Source: Octopus vulgaris (taxonomy: Eukaryota). From it: DNA of 64,000 bases. The translations under genes and the position numbers were made by a program. Location of the stretch: contig OX597820.1 of the NCBI GenBank assembly GCA_951406725.2, positions 74,214,001-74,278,000 on the forward strand, read 5' to 3'. A model generated the notes under the pieces. The model did not search any database and had not been told where the DNA came from. It was given only the letters and a program-made list of their open reading frames with translations. Of the stretch, positions 12,686 to 26,550 are shown piece by piece. Every line of letters begins with the position of its first letter. Position 1 is the stretch's first letter.

Positions 12686-13109
12686 GGTCTCTTTTACCGA
12701 ATCGCTAAGCTATGGGAAGGCAAACAAACCAACACCACTTGTCAAGCGATGGTAGGAGACAATCACAAATACATACACACACAGATAGTCACACACACAC
12801 ACACACATACACACACACACATATATATGAGGTAATTTTTATATCCAACTTAACGATGATGTATTGTAAAAGAGCTGTATATTACGCTATTTCCCTTGAG
12901 AAGACCTCTTGTATGGACTCATGGTACATAATAGCACAAATACTTATACTGCTGGCAGACGAGAATATGCCGGATCGCGTGATTTCAATGTACTCTGTCT
13001 CGTCAGTGGCAGGCATCTGGTACCTGCATGCATCCAAATCCTACCACTAGTGATATATGGAATTTCAGTGACCATTCATGCATTGATGCAGCGAATAGCC
13101 AAATGCTTC

Positions 13110-13894
13110 GTCGAGCTTCTTTCAGTATCCGTCTACAAAACCAACCACAACGCATTGGTCGGCTCGGGGTTGTAGTAGAAGACACTTGTTGCCCACAGTG
13201 CCACACAGTGGGACTGAACCGAGAATTACATGTTCTTAAGTGATCATCTTAGTCACACAGCCAAGATGAGAAAACTGAAATATTTTGGACGTTTATTGTT
13301 TTATTGCTTCACTGGAGAACTGCCTTGAAGAATCGACCCCAGAATCTATTTTTTAAAACCTGGTACCTATTCTAGCGGTGTCTCTTTTGCCGAACCGCTA
13401 AGTTACGGAGGTCGTAAACACACCAACACCGGTCGTCAAGTGGTGGTGGTGGACAAAAAAAAACATACACACATACACACTTACACAAACACTCTCGCAC
13501 ACATACACACACACACACGTACATAGGCGTGGATGTGGGGTAAGAGGTTTGCTTCTCAACCACATGCTTCTGAGTTCAGTTCTACTGCGTAGCACCTTGG
13601 GCAAATGTCTTCTACTATAGCTTCGGCCCGATCAAAGTTTTGTGAGTGGATCTGGAAGGCAGAAACTGGAAGAAGCATGTCGTATATATATATGTCAATG
13701 TTTTCCCCCCGCCCCGCTATCGCTTGACAACCGATGGTTGGTGTATTTATATCCCCGTAAAATAGCAGTTCGGCAAAACAGACCGATAGAACAAGTATTA
13801 GGTTTACAAAGAGTAAGTCCTGGTGTTAATTTCTTCGACTGACACCCTTTAGGGCGGTGCTACCGCATGGCTGCAGTCAAATGACTTAAGCAAG

Positions 13895-13932
<38 letters not shown>

Positions 13933-14090
13933 GACAGGCTTCTTTCAGTTTCCACCCATCGAATCGATTTACAAGGCTTAGATAGGCCCGAGGCTATAGT
14001 AAGAGACATTTGCCCAAAGGTGTCACGCAGTGGGACTGAACCCAGAACCAACTGGTTGGAAAGCAAGTTTCTTATCACACAGCTACGTTT
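13110..14090. mobile_element. Cluster of four SINE-A fragments in mixed orientation
   Basis: About 13110-13265(-), 13315-13470(-), 13525-13895(+) and 13930-14090(-), each matching SINE-A segments. Confidence 0.8.
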
Positions 14091-14453
14091 GCATCAACGA
14101 GAAAACTAAAATATTTTGGAGACTTAATTAGAGAATTTAAAAAAATAATTTTCAGAGATTATTAGTAATAGAAGGCAAAATGAAAGGAAAAAGAAGACAG
14201 GAAGACCAAGAATTAGGTGGGAGGATAATAATAAGAATTGGACTGGCTTAAAATAGAATGATTATAAAAGAATTGTACAATTAAGACAGACATGGCGATT
14301 CGTGGTATCAACTGGCTGGGAGCAGACGACACCTGATGTTGTTGATAGTAATGATGATGATGTCGTCCCTCTCCCACCCTTACACACTCCTACATATTCA
14401 TTCTGCCTTGCATTCTGTCGGTCTTTCTCAGTCTCCCTCTCTCTCTATCCACC

Positions 14454-14505
<52 letters not shown>

Positions 14506-14527
14506 GTTCTCTCCCCCTCTCTCTTTT

Positions 14528-14600
<73 letters not shown>

Positions 14601-15029
14601 ATCTTCTATCCGTCTCTCTACTATTTGTATATCCATCCATCCATCCATCCATGCATCCATCCACCCACCCACCCACCCACCCATCCATCACCCGTCAATC
14701 TCACACGTTCTGTTGAACTATAAACACGGTTTTCTTTTCACTATATTTAACATCACTCTCCCACCCTCCCACCCTCCCTCCCTCCCTCCCTCCATCACCC
14801 CCCTCTCTCTTCCTACCATTTCTTGTTAATATTTAAACACATGAAATACCATCAAACTCTCCCTCCCCCCATCCGCCACCGCCGCCGCCCAACCATCACC
14901 GCTGCATGTGTCACCGTAATCTAAGCCTTCTTCCATTGTTGTTCATGCTGATGTGCTTGTTACTCGCTTCTGCTGCTGCTACCGCCACATCTTCGCCGCC
15001 ACGTCTACTATTACTACTGCACATGTTAC

Positions 15030-15296
15030 TTGATACGGATGCTGCCACTGCTGCTGCTGCTGCTACTGGTGCTGTCGTCGTCGCCGTCGCTGCTGGCTGC
15101 TGCCGTTGTTGCTGTTGCTGCTTCTACTACTGCCACTATTACTACTACTACTACTACTACTACAACTACTACTACTACTACCACCACCACTGCTACCACT
15201 ACAACTGTTACCATCACCACCATTACTACTACCACCATCACCACCACCATCACCACTACTACTACTACTACTGCTACTACTACTACTGTTCCCATC

Positions 15297-15347
<51 letters not shown>

Positions 15348-15359
15348 GTTCCCATCACT

Positions 15360-15407
<48 letters not shown>

Positions 15408-16020
15408 GTTCCTACCATCACCACCACCACCACCACCACCACTACTACTACTACTACTAGTCATCGAAGGTGCCTCCACGTGGTTGGCAGACCAGCAACA
15501 AATAGCAAAATTTGCCTCAAAATCACTTCCTATTGCACTTGAAAACCAAAGCAAGAGCACAATTATTTAACGTACTCCTAGGTACATTGTGTATGAATAA
15601 AAATAGATGATGGGAAGGTCATAGTTGGAACTCCTTTGATCGTAGGTTTTTGCTCTTCAGGGTTTGACTAAAGGAGCGTTGGTTGCTAAACAACAGCTTC
15701 CATAGCTACTGCTGCTGCTGCTGCTGCTGCCGCTGCAGCTATCTATCATCGAAGGCATCACCACGTGGTTGGATGCTTGATTGACAATAAATAGCAGTCA
15801 AATCTCTCTCAAATCCCTTCCTACTGTTTCTTTTAAGTCGGAAGAGCGCATTGGTTTAATGTAGTCCCAGATACACCGTGTCTGAATGAAAATAAGCGAT
15901 GGGGATGGCCATCGCTGGGAACCGTTTGGATCATAGATTTTTTTTCCTCTTTCAGGGATTGACTAGCGGTGGTTGCTAGACAACAGCTACCATCAATCCA
16001 GCCCAACCACCACCACCACC

Positions 16021-16061
<41 letters not shown>

Positions 16062-16242
16062 CACTCAACTACTACAACCACCACCACCACCACTATTATT
16101 TCTACTACTTCCACCACCACCACCACCAACTACTACTACTACCACAACCACCACTATTACTACTACTACTAGTACTACTACTACCACCACCGCCGCTACT
16201 ACTACTACCCCCAACTATTACTACCACCAAACCACCACCACC

Positions 16243-16324
<82 letters not shown>

Positions 16325-16325
16325 T
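15030..16325. repeat. Compound (TAC/CAC/TGC)n trinucleotide tracts with two copies of an old dispersed repeat
   Basis: Tracts at 15045-15460 and 16005-16325. Repeat units at about 15462-15690 and 15747-15985 share tcatcgaagg..ccacgtggttgg..aaatagca..caaat..cttcctac/t..gatgg..catag/cgctgg..tttg..tcg/atag..tcaggg.ttgacta. Confidence 0.85.
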
Positions 16326-16663
16326 TTCTATACAGCGCCGGTTGCCTTTTCTTCATTGAAGATGAAATAGATGTTGTGTGTCATTGAAGAGGCTGTTGCG
16401 ATTTTGTAGTTGTTTATTGTTTTTATGCTTTTTATTCGTTTCTTTTTTTCCCAGTCATTGGGCTACGGGCTTGCTGAGGTGAGAGGGAGGGGAACTGCCT
16501 TGAGAGGTCTGCGTTTCGAGCAGATCCAACTTATTCTATCGGTTTCTAATCGCCGAATCGCTGAGCCAATTGGATGTAAGCAAACCAGCACCGGCTGTCA
16601 AGTGGTGAGAGACACACAAACGCAAAGAAGAAACAAGAGAAAAAGAATTCACGATATGAGTGC

Positions 16664-16717
<54 letters not shown>

Positions 16718-16720
16718 CTA

Positions 16721-16828
<108 letters not shown>

Positions 16829-16897
16829 GATCTATCTATCTATGTGTGTGTGTGTGTATGTATATATATATATATATGTGTATGTGTGTGTGTGTGT

Positions 16898-17305
16898 GCC
16901 GCATGGCTGCGCGGTGAAGACACTCGCTTTGCAATCACATCGCTGCGGGTTCTGTCCCACCTGGCGGCATCTTGGGAAAAAATGTCTTGTACAATAATCC
17001 CCGGACCGACCAATGTCTTGCGAATGGATTTTGCAGACGGAAACTGCGTGAAGCCCGACATGTGTGTGTGTGTATGCATGTTTGGTACTTACCTCCATAC
17101 CGCTTGGTGACCGATGTTGTTTTGTTTACGTCGTCGTAACATCGGCGGTTCAGCCTAAAACGCCGGTAGAATAAGTACCAGATTAAAAAAATCTCCAAAA
17201 ACAAAAACCTCAAAAACAACGAAGGGGTCAGTTCGTTGGACTCAACCCTTCAAGGCAGAGCCCCAGCATGACCACGGTCCAGTGACTGGAACAAATGAAA
17301 GAGTA
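16898..17305 (+). mobile_element. SINE family A, old diverged copy
   Basis: Degenerate head (catggctgcgcggtgaag...gggttctgtccca...cttggg) and tail (cccagcatgaccacggtccagtgactgga). Confidence 0.75.
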
Positions 17306-17319
17306 AAATAGAAATATTA

Positions 17320-17703
17320 AAATTTCTAAATATCTGAGAGAGATATAAGCAGTGGTGGAACGTGGTGATCAGTGAATTTACTTCATTGAAATTATATATA
17401 TCTATGTTTACAAAGTCTAGTCAGGTATCTTCAGCTAGCAGGCCATGCTACTCCAGACTGATGACGAGCAAGACTCAGAAACATGTCTCTGGATGCAGGC
17501 TTAGCTGTTGGGGGTGCTTGTCTCCCCTTTGTAAACATAAGGACACAGGAAATGTGTCAAGGCCGACAGGAAGCGTTGATGCTTCCTAGGGCTAAATAGC
17601 CGTGGTGTGATTCCCTTTATGGGACTGTCACGTTAAGTTGGCAGTATACAACTGCTCTATAGTTCCACCACTGCATATATCTCTCTGAGATATTTAGAAA
17701 TTT
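17320..17703 (+). mobile_element. Inverted-repeat-bounded cassette carrying a hammerhead motif, ending at (TA)n
   Basis: The 42-bp arms 17320-17361 and 17662-17703 are reverse complements with 2 mismatches. The HHR is at 17452-17493. Confidence 0.8.
17452..17493 (+). ncRNA. Type I minimal hammerhead ribozyme motif
   Basis: UCCAGA-CUGAUGA-C-GAG(caaga)CUC-A-GAAAC-AU-GUC-UCUGGA: 6-bp stem I, canonical core, palindromic ACAUGU stem III and a GUC triplet. Confidence 0.8.
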
Positions 17704-17715
17704 AATTCATATATA

Positions 17716-17778
<63 letters not shown>

Positions 17779-17797
17779 GCAGCGACTCCATCTAAGA

Positions 17798-17836
17798 ATA
17801 TCTGAAGAAGGAATTTTATTCCGAAATATCATCAGA
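17798..17836 (+). ncRNA. Hammerhead-like motif
   Basis: CUGAAGA-A-GGAAU(uuu)AUUCC-GAAA-UAUCAUC; stems I and III are weak. Confidence 0.5.
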
Positions 17837-18163
17837 CTATGGATGACCAAATTACAACAGGTTATAGCCCATTGTTTGTCTTATAGTGCATCGTTGTACC
17901 AAAATTATCAAGAGTAAAATGCAACCTAAATCATTGAAGAAAAAAAAAATATTAACCAGCGCAAGACTATATCCATTAACAACAGAACCAAAAGTGAAAA
18001 GATGTGGTCGACCTAAAGTTAAAGACTTTTTCACTTCCCGAGGGTTATACAAATACATCTGTTTGTTGTCTACACCACCTGTCTTTATCTTTTTTTTTTT
18101 TTTGTAAATTCTCCTTACATATATATGTATGTATACTGTATGTGTGTGTGTATATATATAGAG

Positions 18164-18240
<77 letters not shown>

Positions 18241-18801
18241 TACATATGCACATATGAAAAAGTCTATGTTTGTCCACCACTGCTTGTCAACCGGTGTTGG
18301 TGTGCTTATCTCGATGACTTAGTAATTCGGCAAAAGAGACTGATGGAATAAGCACCAGATTTTCCAAACAAAAATGTTGTACGGTCGGTTCGTTGAATTA
18401 AAACTCTTCACGGCCGCAATCTAACGACTAAAACGCATAAAAAGTAACAGGCAAGTAATCCCCCAAATGATACCTTATCGTTTTGAAAAGTAGGTGGGAT
18501 GTTGACAGCTGAAACACATTTGGTTATTGGTTTAACCAGGGCATGGATGACCTTAACAAGAACAACAACGAGAACAAGACACATGAGTGGTACAGGGTCA
18601 AAAGGTACAGGCAGTATCATCTCCGCTGGCATCATCAGATGCACGAAAACCATGGAAGGGAGTTGGGGTGGGTGTAAGCCTCTACGCGGTCACTCGAACT
18701 TGCTATGAGAAACAACCAAATTTCCTCGGTCTACTGTATTTAATGAAAAAAAACAAAGGAAAGAAAAAGAGAAAAAAAGCGAAGAATAATTAGAGAAAGC
18801 T

Positions 18802-19030
18802 AGGCGCAGACGTGGTTGTGTGGTAAGAAATCTTGCTTCACACCCACATGGCTCCGGGTTCAGTCCCATTGCGTGGCACCTTGGGCAAGTGTCTTCTACT
18901 ATAGCCTTAAGTCGACCAAATCCTTGAGAGTGAATTTGGTAGACGGAAACTGAAAGAAGCTCACCGTATATGTGTGTGAGTGTGTGTACGCACCACCACC
19001 ACTTGTCGACTGGTGTTGGTGTGTTTACTA
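18802..19030 (+). mobile_element. SINE family A, 5' half
   Basis: ggcgcagacgtggttgtgtggtaag...cagtcccattgcgtggcaccttgggcaagtg. Confidence 0.85.
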
Positions 19031-19147
19031 ATTCCACACTTACAGTAGGGTCTTCAATACTAGATTTACACGTGTCTAATGTGAGAAATTTAAGACATGG
19101 CATGAAGGAAAAAATCTGAGGGTAACAGCATTATACTTGGGTATAAT

Positions 19148-19489
19148 ACTGTTGTTGTTGGCATCCTTTTGTCTCAGGAGACAATGGAGTTGCGCATAAA
19201 CTAATCCGGTCTGGTTTTTACATTTCATGTCCTCTCCAATTTCTTCACCAGTTTTGCGCAGGCCTGGGCTAGATGTAAGAAAATCCTGGGTAGCCCAATC
19301 GTCAGGATTCCTCTCTCAACCTTGCTGACATAGTCCAAAGGAGTGCAGAGTATTACGTTTGGCACCAGCTTGGTTGCAGGAGCTGCCAGAAGAGTGTAGA
19401 GTCGAACACTAAACCGCCTACGGGGCTCCACTCCGGATTTCTTTGAAGGTTGACTCCTTTCCGTAACCCTGGATAGGGGCCCATACCGG
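19148..19489 (-). mobile_element. Non-autonomous RTE-derived element (5'UTR-like part fused to the 3' tail)
   Basis: The minus strand has ggagtggagccccgtaggcgg...gctggtgccaaacg...ctttggact...gagaggaatcctgacga (RTE 5'UTR-like), then ccattgtctcctgagacaaaaggatgcc(aac)n (RTE 3'-tail-like). It runs into the N gap. Recognised from recalled RTE consensus sequences. Confidence 0.6.
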
Positions 19490-19589
19490 NNNNNNNNNNN
19501 NNNNNNNNNNNNNNNNNNNNNNNNNNNNNNNNNNNNNNNNNNNNNNNNNNNNNNNNNNNNNNNNNNNNNNNNNNNNNNNNNNNNNNNNN
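19490..19589. other. Assembly gap (100 N)
   Basis: Run of n. Confidence 1.
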
Positions 19590-20385
19590 CGGACCACGGA
19601 TTCCAGAGATACGCGGTGTTTTTTTTAGTACCTTCATAAGTAGCCAAAACGGTGCATAAAGGGAAAATACTCCGAAAGTAACATAACCCTGAAATGGGAA
19701 TATATAATACTGTGAAAATTGCTTCCATAAATTTATGTTTACGTTACATAACAATTCCTTTTGCATTTTTGTACATACGCCATAAATAGATGCTGTTACT
19801 GGAGTTTATCCCGGAAGTTCTATTTCTATTAGATGCAGTAAATAATCAATAAAGTATTAATCCATTAACTGCTAATTTTTTTAAATTCATATTTTTTGGC
19901 TTTGATAGGTACCTTAGCAGTTAAAATGATATATAGTATTTAAATTTTCTTCATATGTGAATTATTTTGGAAATTCTGATAAATTTTTCGAAAAGTTCCA
20001 AATAGAGATTGCTGAAAAAAAAGCATATTTATCCTTTTCTATTCAATTGCATTAATAAACATTTCAGCTTTTTTTTTTAAACTATAGTATCAGATGTGGA
20101 TGTTTATGAAATATCGATGAATGATATAGATGGGAAATGCAAAAAGAATTTTTTAAATGTTTTCAAAGCTGTCAATATTTTTGTAGTTCAAAAATTGTGA
20201 TTTATGACATAAAATGTCCTCTAGAATTAACCAGATCTAATAATGACAAACTTTAACTACTAAATATTGTTAAACACACTTCTGCAAATGCAATGTCATA
20301 ATTCACTTTTAAAACAGCGAACAATCGGCAGTGAAACTGTTTTTAGCAGATCCTCAAACGGGGTTCATGACAGGCATTGGGTTAA
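19590..20385. mobile_element. Possible piggyBac-type non-autonomous element, right end
   Basis: An AT-rich block without microsatellites ends ...caggcattGGG|TTAA (20379-20385). The left end would be in the gap, so the TIR cannot be confirmed. Confidence 0.35.
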
Positions 20386-21057
20386 GACACGAACGAATTG
20401 AAATATTTAACTGAAATCATCATAAAATTAGCTTTGATTTACATTACAATGTTGAAATCAGCTTCAATGCTTTATAACCTGAATCGTCAGTGACCCAAAG
20501 GGGTCACGGGTAGTCTTGTTTAATTATAAAAATATAATAGGATATTTTAAACATCGGGTGGCTTTGAGGGTCTGCCCGAGCAAAAGAGGAATGTAAGGGT
20601 TCCATAGGCAAAAGGAAGCGATAGTATAAACGCCAGGCGATTTCTTCGACTAAAAAAAGAAAAAAAACCTTGCCAGACGGTGCCCCAGCATGGCCACAGT
20701 CAAAATAACTGAAACAAGCAAATGGCCTGAGATAAAGGGGTTTATTTTAAATCCTCTCCCTAGCAAAAAGGAAGAATGCCGGGACAGAATAAGTCACGTA
20801 CTTACACACTTGCAAATCAAAACCACACACCACACATGCACATACATTCATAATGGTATGTATGCATATGAAAATGTGTGTGGGTGGGTTGGTGGGTGTG
20901 CGATTATAGGAGTGTGGGCAAATTAATCGACAAACTTATGTATAAATATTTACTTGTCTGAGCTGTCTGTTTTTATGAGACCACGCTTAAGCTTATATAT
21001 ACATACGCACAACATCCGTATATACGTGAATGTGATCGTATAAAAGTTAATGTATAC

Positions 21058-21089
<32 letters not shown>

Positions 21090-21458
21090 CATATGTTTAT
21101 ATATGTGTATGAGTGCTTGAGTCTGTGCGTATATTCCACATAGTCACAAATACAGACACAACACTTATATATGCAATAGGGACCAACGGTGGGGAGGAAG
21201 ATTGACAGAGAGCAAATAGAAGAGAAAAACGCACACACACACACATGCACATACACATGTACAAAAACACACACACACGCGCATTGAGAAACAAGCAGAA
21301 ACACACAGAAACAAGTACACACACATATATATGTTTGTGTACATGTATGTTTATATGTGTGTATACATGAATATATAAATATATATGTGTGTGTGTGTTT
21401 ATACATATACATATATCTGTGTGTGATTATATACATGCATACATTTATAAGTCGGATA

Positions 21459-21499
<41 letters not shown>

Positions 21500-21705
21500 T
21501 ATATATATATATATATATATATAAATTTCAATATGTATATATATACGTGTATATATATACATATTGAAATTTATATATATGTATGTATATATGCATGTAT
21601 GTATATGTATGAATGTGTCTAGAATACACACGCACACACATTTATATAAGTTGGAGAGAGAAGGAAAAAGGAGAGTGTAAGCGTATGTGTGAGAAAGAGC
21701 GAGAG

Positions 21706-21736
<31 letters not shown>

Positions 21737-22074
21737 GATGCAAATGTATAAACATGCACACATACATTTGCAGGCATCGTAAACACCTGATTTATATGGA
21801 CGTTTGCCAAATACAAAGGTATTCTTTAAGAAAATAAAATAAGACATTTTATCCTTAATTAGAAAAGAGATAATTAGTTTTCAGCTAGAGGTAACTGACT
21901 AAACACACATATAATCGTTATACAAGGTTTAATGGGTCTTGGGTAAATAAAATAGAAATGAAAAGAAAAAAAATATATATTCACATACGTGCTTTTGCAC
22001 TGGCATACATGCCTATATGTGAGTGTGTATGGGTGTGTGAGTGCGTGCGTGTGTGTGCGTACGCGCACGTATGA

Positions 22075-22109
<35 letters not shown>

Positions 22110-22111
22110 AG

Positions 22112-22168
<57 letters not shown>

Positions 22169-22248
22169 ATATACATATGTGTATGTATATATTTATATAT
22201 ATATATATAGATATATACATATATACAATATATCTATGTGTATGTCTA

Positions 22249-22294
<46 letters not shown>

Positions 22295-23003
22295 TAGATA
22301 CATATATACAATATATCTATGTGCATCTATATATATATATATATATATACATATGGATGTAGACATACATGCATACATTCATACATAAATATATATGAAG
22401 TATATTCACATACACGTATAAAAACGCCCACTTTCGTGCAAAGACTCAATCGAGTACCCAAAAGTACAAATAAACGCACATATATATACACATACACATA
22501 AACATACATAAATACATCCATCCATCCATACATACATACATACATATATATATACACAGACATTTATTCATATATATATATATATATATATATACATGCC
22601 TACATGCATACACATATAAATACATACATGCCTGCATGCGTACATGCACAAACATGGCCACAGAACTTTATCTGCCATCACATGTATACTCAACCAGTTA
22701 ATACGCACATCTATACATTTTCGCACAGAAACTCATCCATACTCACAAGGACGAACATGCTGCCTGTATACACATGCTCTCATATTTTTTATCACAAATG
22801 CAAACTAACAAATGTGCAGATGTTCCACACACACAAAAATGTGGGCTCGTGTGTATGCATGTGTAACTATATGTATATACTTATATGTATCTGCATATAT
22901 ATATATATATATATATACACATTCCAATATAAGGATATACTTTTTCAAAAAAAAAAAAGAGATTTTATCAGTGAAATACGGTTCAATGTGAAAGTATAAA
23001 CAA

Positions 23004-23370
23004 TTATAAATAAGGGCAAAAGAAAAATATTTCTGTGCCAATATGCTGAAAAATAGACCTTTGAACCTCTAACCACACACAATATTTTTCACTATAAATA
23101 CGCAGTTTCTTCCATGGCTATATGTGATTGGCCATTTATTTCCAATCGTGTTTCTCGCTGAAGAAGGAAGAATCCTTGTGGATTAATCCAGAAATCGGTC
23201 CGATTCGGGAATAACGAATTAAAAAAAAAAAACATTCTGTTAGCTTGCTTTCCTCGTTTCAGCATGCTGTGTATTTAAAGAAAAAAATATTGTATGTGAT
23301 TAGACGATCTAAAGTCTACTATTCTGCATATTGGTAAAAGAATTTTTTTATCTTTTGCCCTAATTTATAA
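23004..23370 (+). mobile_element. Second inverted-repeat-bounded hammerhead cassette
   Basis: The arms at about 23004-23064 (ttataaataagggcaaaagaaaaatatttctgtgccaatatgctgaaaaatagac) and about 23308-23370 are diverged reverse complements. The HHR is at 23155-23203. Confidence 0.75.
23155..23203 (+). ncRNA. Type I hammerhead ribozyme motif with an extended stem II
   Basis: UCG-CUGAAGA-A-GGA-ag-AAUCC(uugu)GGAUU-aa-UCC-A-GAAA-UCG-GUC-CGA. Confidence 0.65.
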
Positions 23371-23429
23371 GCATATATAAACATATATGCGTATGTATAT
23401 GTGTATGTGTGTGTGTATATATATATGTG

Positions 23430-23630
23430 ATCTCTTGAGCACCACCAGCAAAAATATTTTTTTCCTCTGTCTTCCCTTCTCTGGATCTTTCCTTCTCCTT
23501 TGTTTCTGACGAAGAGCTCCGCTCGAAACGTTAAAGCCTCCTTCCCTTCTTTCCTGAGCATCAAATAATATCTTAATTGTTCCACGTCCTCGCATTGCTG
23601 TGTTTTTTTTCTGTGTTTTCTTGTTTTGAT

Positions 23631-23636
<6 letters not shown>
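23430..23636 (+). mobile_element. Solo Penelope-like 3' terminal fragment with a hammerhead, ending in (TA)n
   Basis: Homologous to 31262-31422. Contains UUU-CUGACGA-A-GAGC(ucc)GCUC-GAAAC-GUU-AAA at 23503-23535. Confidence 0.8.
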
Positions 23637-23685
<49 letters not shown>

Positions 23686-24073
23686 ATATTCTTTTATTCG
23701 TTTACTTGTTTCAGTCATTTGACTACGACCATACTGGAGCACCGCCTTTAGTCGAACAAATCAACCTCAGGAGTAATTCTTTGTAAGCCTAGTACTTATA
23801 CTATCGGTCTCTTTTGCCGAACCTAAATGCAAATTCAATGTACGAATTTGTAATTAAATTATTGAGTATTAATTGAAACGGCTGTAAGAAGCGCAGATGA
23901 CCAGTTTGTTGTTAACCTCCTCATCTCCATTTTCTTTTCTTCTTTTAACTGGATATAAACTATATGTTTATTATATACCTATTGCTTTAAGGAATTTAAA
24001 TCCCCCAAAATACTAGGTATTGAACCAGTATTTCCTTGGATGCAACCATCCCTTCCAGAGGTTAACATATCCC

Positions 24074-24122
<49 letters not shown>

Positions 24123-24128
24123 TACATA

Positions 24129-24334
24129 CAGTAATCATTCGACTATCGCGGGGGTTACTTTCCAAAATACCCCGCGATAGGTGAAAATCTGCGAAGTAGA
24201 AACAGTACTGTATTGTATATTTTTTAAATATTTATAATCTGTATATACTTATTTTAATTATTAATGCAAAAGAACACCACGGGGGAATCGGCATAAGCTT
24301 AGATAATAAACCGCGATATGGCGCGGGGTTACTG
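24129..24334. mobile_element. pogo/Tigger-like MITE
   Basis: ta|CAGTAA...atcgcgg ... ccgcgat...TTACTG termini. A second copy lies at 58858-59144. Confidence 0.8.
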
Positions 24335-24346
24335 TGTGTGTGTGCA

Positions 24347-24386
<40 letters not shown>

Positions 24387-24442
24387 AAGATATATATATA
24401 TATAGTTGTGCCTGAAAATATGTGTGTGTATATGTATATGTA

Positions 24443-24509
<67 letters not shown>

Positions 24510-24511
<2 letters not shown>

Positions 24512-24890
24512 TCTTTTACTTGTTTCAGTCATTTGACTGCGGCCATGCTGGAGCACCGCCTTTAATCGAGCAACTCGACCCCGAGACTTATTCTTTTGTA
24601 AGCCCAGTACTTATTCTATCGGTCTCTTTTGCCGAACCGCTGAGTAACGGGGACATAAACACACCAGCAACGGTTGTCAGGCAATGCTAGTGGGACAAAC
24701 ACAGACATACAAACACACACACGCATATATACATATACATATATACGACGGGCTTCTTTCAGTTTCCGTCTACCAAATCCACTCACAAGGCTATAGTAGA
24801 AGACACTTGCCCAAGGTACCACGCAGTGGGACTGAACCCGGAACCATGTGGTTGGTAAACAAGCTACTTACCACACAGCCACTCCTGCGA
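24510..24890 (-). mobile_element. Near full-length SINE family A
   Basis: Close reverse complement of 8250-8660, with a short internal deletion. Confidence 0.92.
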
Positions 24891-26404
24891 CTATATATAT
24901 ATATATATACATTCACACACACAACATATACTTACAAACATGCATGCAAATGTATATGTAATTCCACAATGAAACAAGATGATGTGCAAATAAGTAAAAA
25001 ATTTCGTTGAAAATTTAAGCTGGCAAGAGAAATGAGATGACGAAATATTGGTGTCAAATTATCATACTATTCCAGCAATTTCAGTGAAAGGGCCTTCGTC
25101 GCTTACATGCAAAGGGTACTTATTTCATAGACGTGGAGAGAATGAAAGGCAAAGTCGACCACGGTGGAATTTGAACTCAGAACGGAAAGAAGGACGGAAA
25201 AACCACTAAAAATCGTGCTAACGATTCAGGCGGCTGACCGTCTTGAGACGATGGAATGCTGGTTTGGGGTTTTATCCATTATAAACTGAGAAATTAGGCT
25301 ACATAGGAGACTAGAATGTTCTGCGTATTCGAGAAGTGAAAGAAAATAATCTGTCCGTCTGTCTGTCTGTCTGTCTGTGTGTCTGTTGATTGGTTGTTTT
25401 CTGTATGAATATATGGGTTATGATCTGGAAAGTTGTTTACGATGGATACGATATCTTCACATTTGAATTAAATTTAATTTTATTTGTTTAAAAAAAAATA
25501 TTTGATTTGATTTTATTTGCTGCTGGAATCTTTACATAGAGTTGTTTTTCAAGCTGGAATTTGATAGAAAGTTTTGGTTTAAAAAAAAAAAAAAAAAAAA
25601 TTGTGTTAATAAAACAGACATGTTTTCTTACATGGGAATGATGGAGCTATGATGAAGTAGTGCGAAATTTGATTCGCTTAATAAAGACGCATTTTACACA
25701 CAAACATACACAGACAAATCTCACATATACAGACGGAGAAAGAGAGAGAGAGGGGGGGAGTGAGGGGGGAAGGGGGGGAGAAAGTTTGTTCTGGTTTAAA
25801 AAAAATCTCATGCAACAAAAAACGTTTTCATACAACAAAATCGTGACGATATGATGGAGTGATGTGAAATTTGATTCGTTTATTAAGGAATATACACGCA
25901 CACAAACCTGCGTACACACAAGTGTGTGCTTGTGTACACCATATATATATATACACATACATGCCGTATTTATGTATATGCATGTATATATTTTACACAC
26001 ACATACACACACACACACTCATTAGTGGTTTCAGTTGTAGGACTACTGCCATACTGGAGCACCGCCTTAACTTATTTCCTATCAGCAGGAAGATGGTAGA
26101 ATATATGTATGCATGCATACATACATACATACATACATACATAAATACATACATACACACATACATACATATATACATACATATATGAACTTGTCTAGAC
26201 ATGTAACTATATGCACAAGCATACATAAAACAAAACATACAAATCGGCACATATACATGCATACATACATACATGCATACATACATACATATATATATAC
26301 ATACATACATACATACATACATACATACATGCATACATACATTCATACATGCATACATACATACATACATACATACATACATACATACATACATACAAGC
26401 AAAA

Positions 26405-26513
26405 ATACCCTGTTGTCGATGTTGAAATTCCAATCACGGAGCCTTGGATCTAGGTTAGAAATCGACTCTTTATCTATTAGTAAGAAATCTTGAAATAAAA
26501 CTAAATAGTGATA

Positions 26514-26550
<37 letters not shown>

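Noticed and set aside
14906-15130. Signal-peptide-like or mucin-like ORFs
   Set aside because: Explained by degenerate (TGC/TAC) triplet repeats; no splice or homology support.
20480-20525. Helitron 3' end (gtgacccaaaggggtcac hairpin then cttgt)
   Set aside because: The terminal CTRR motif is imperfect and no matching 5' end could be identified.
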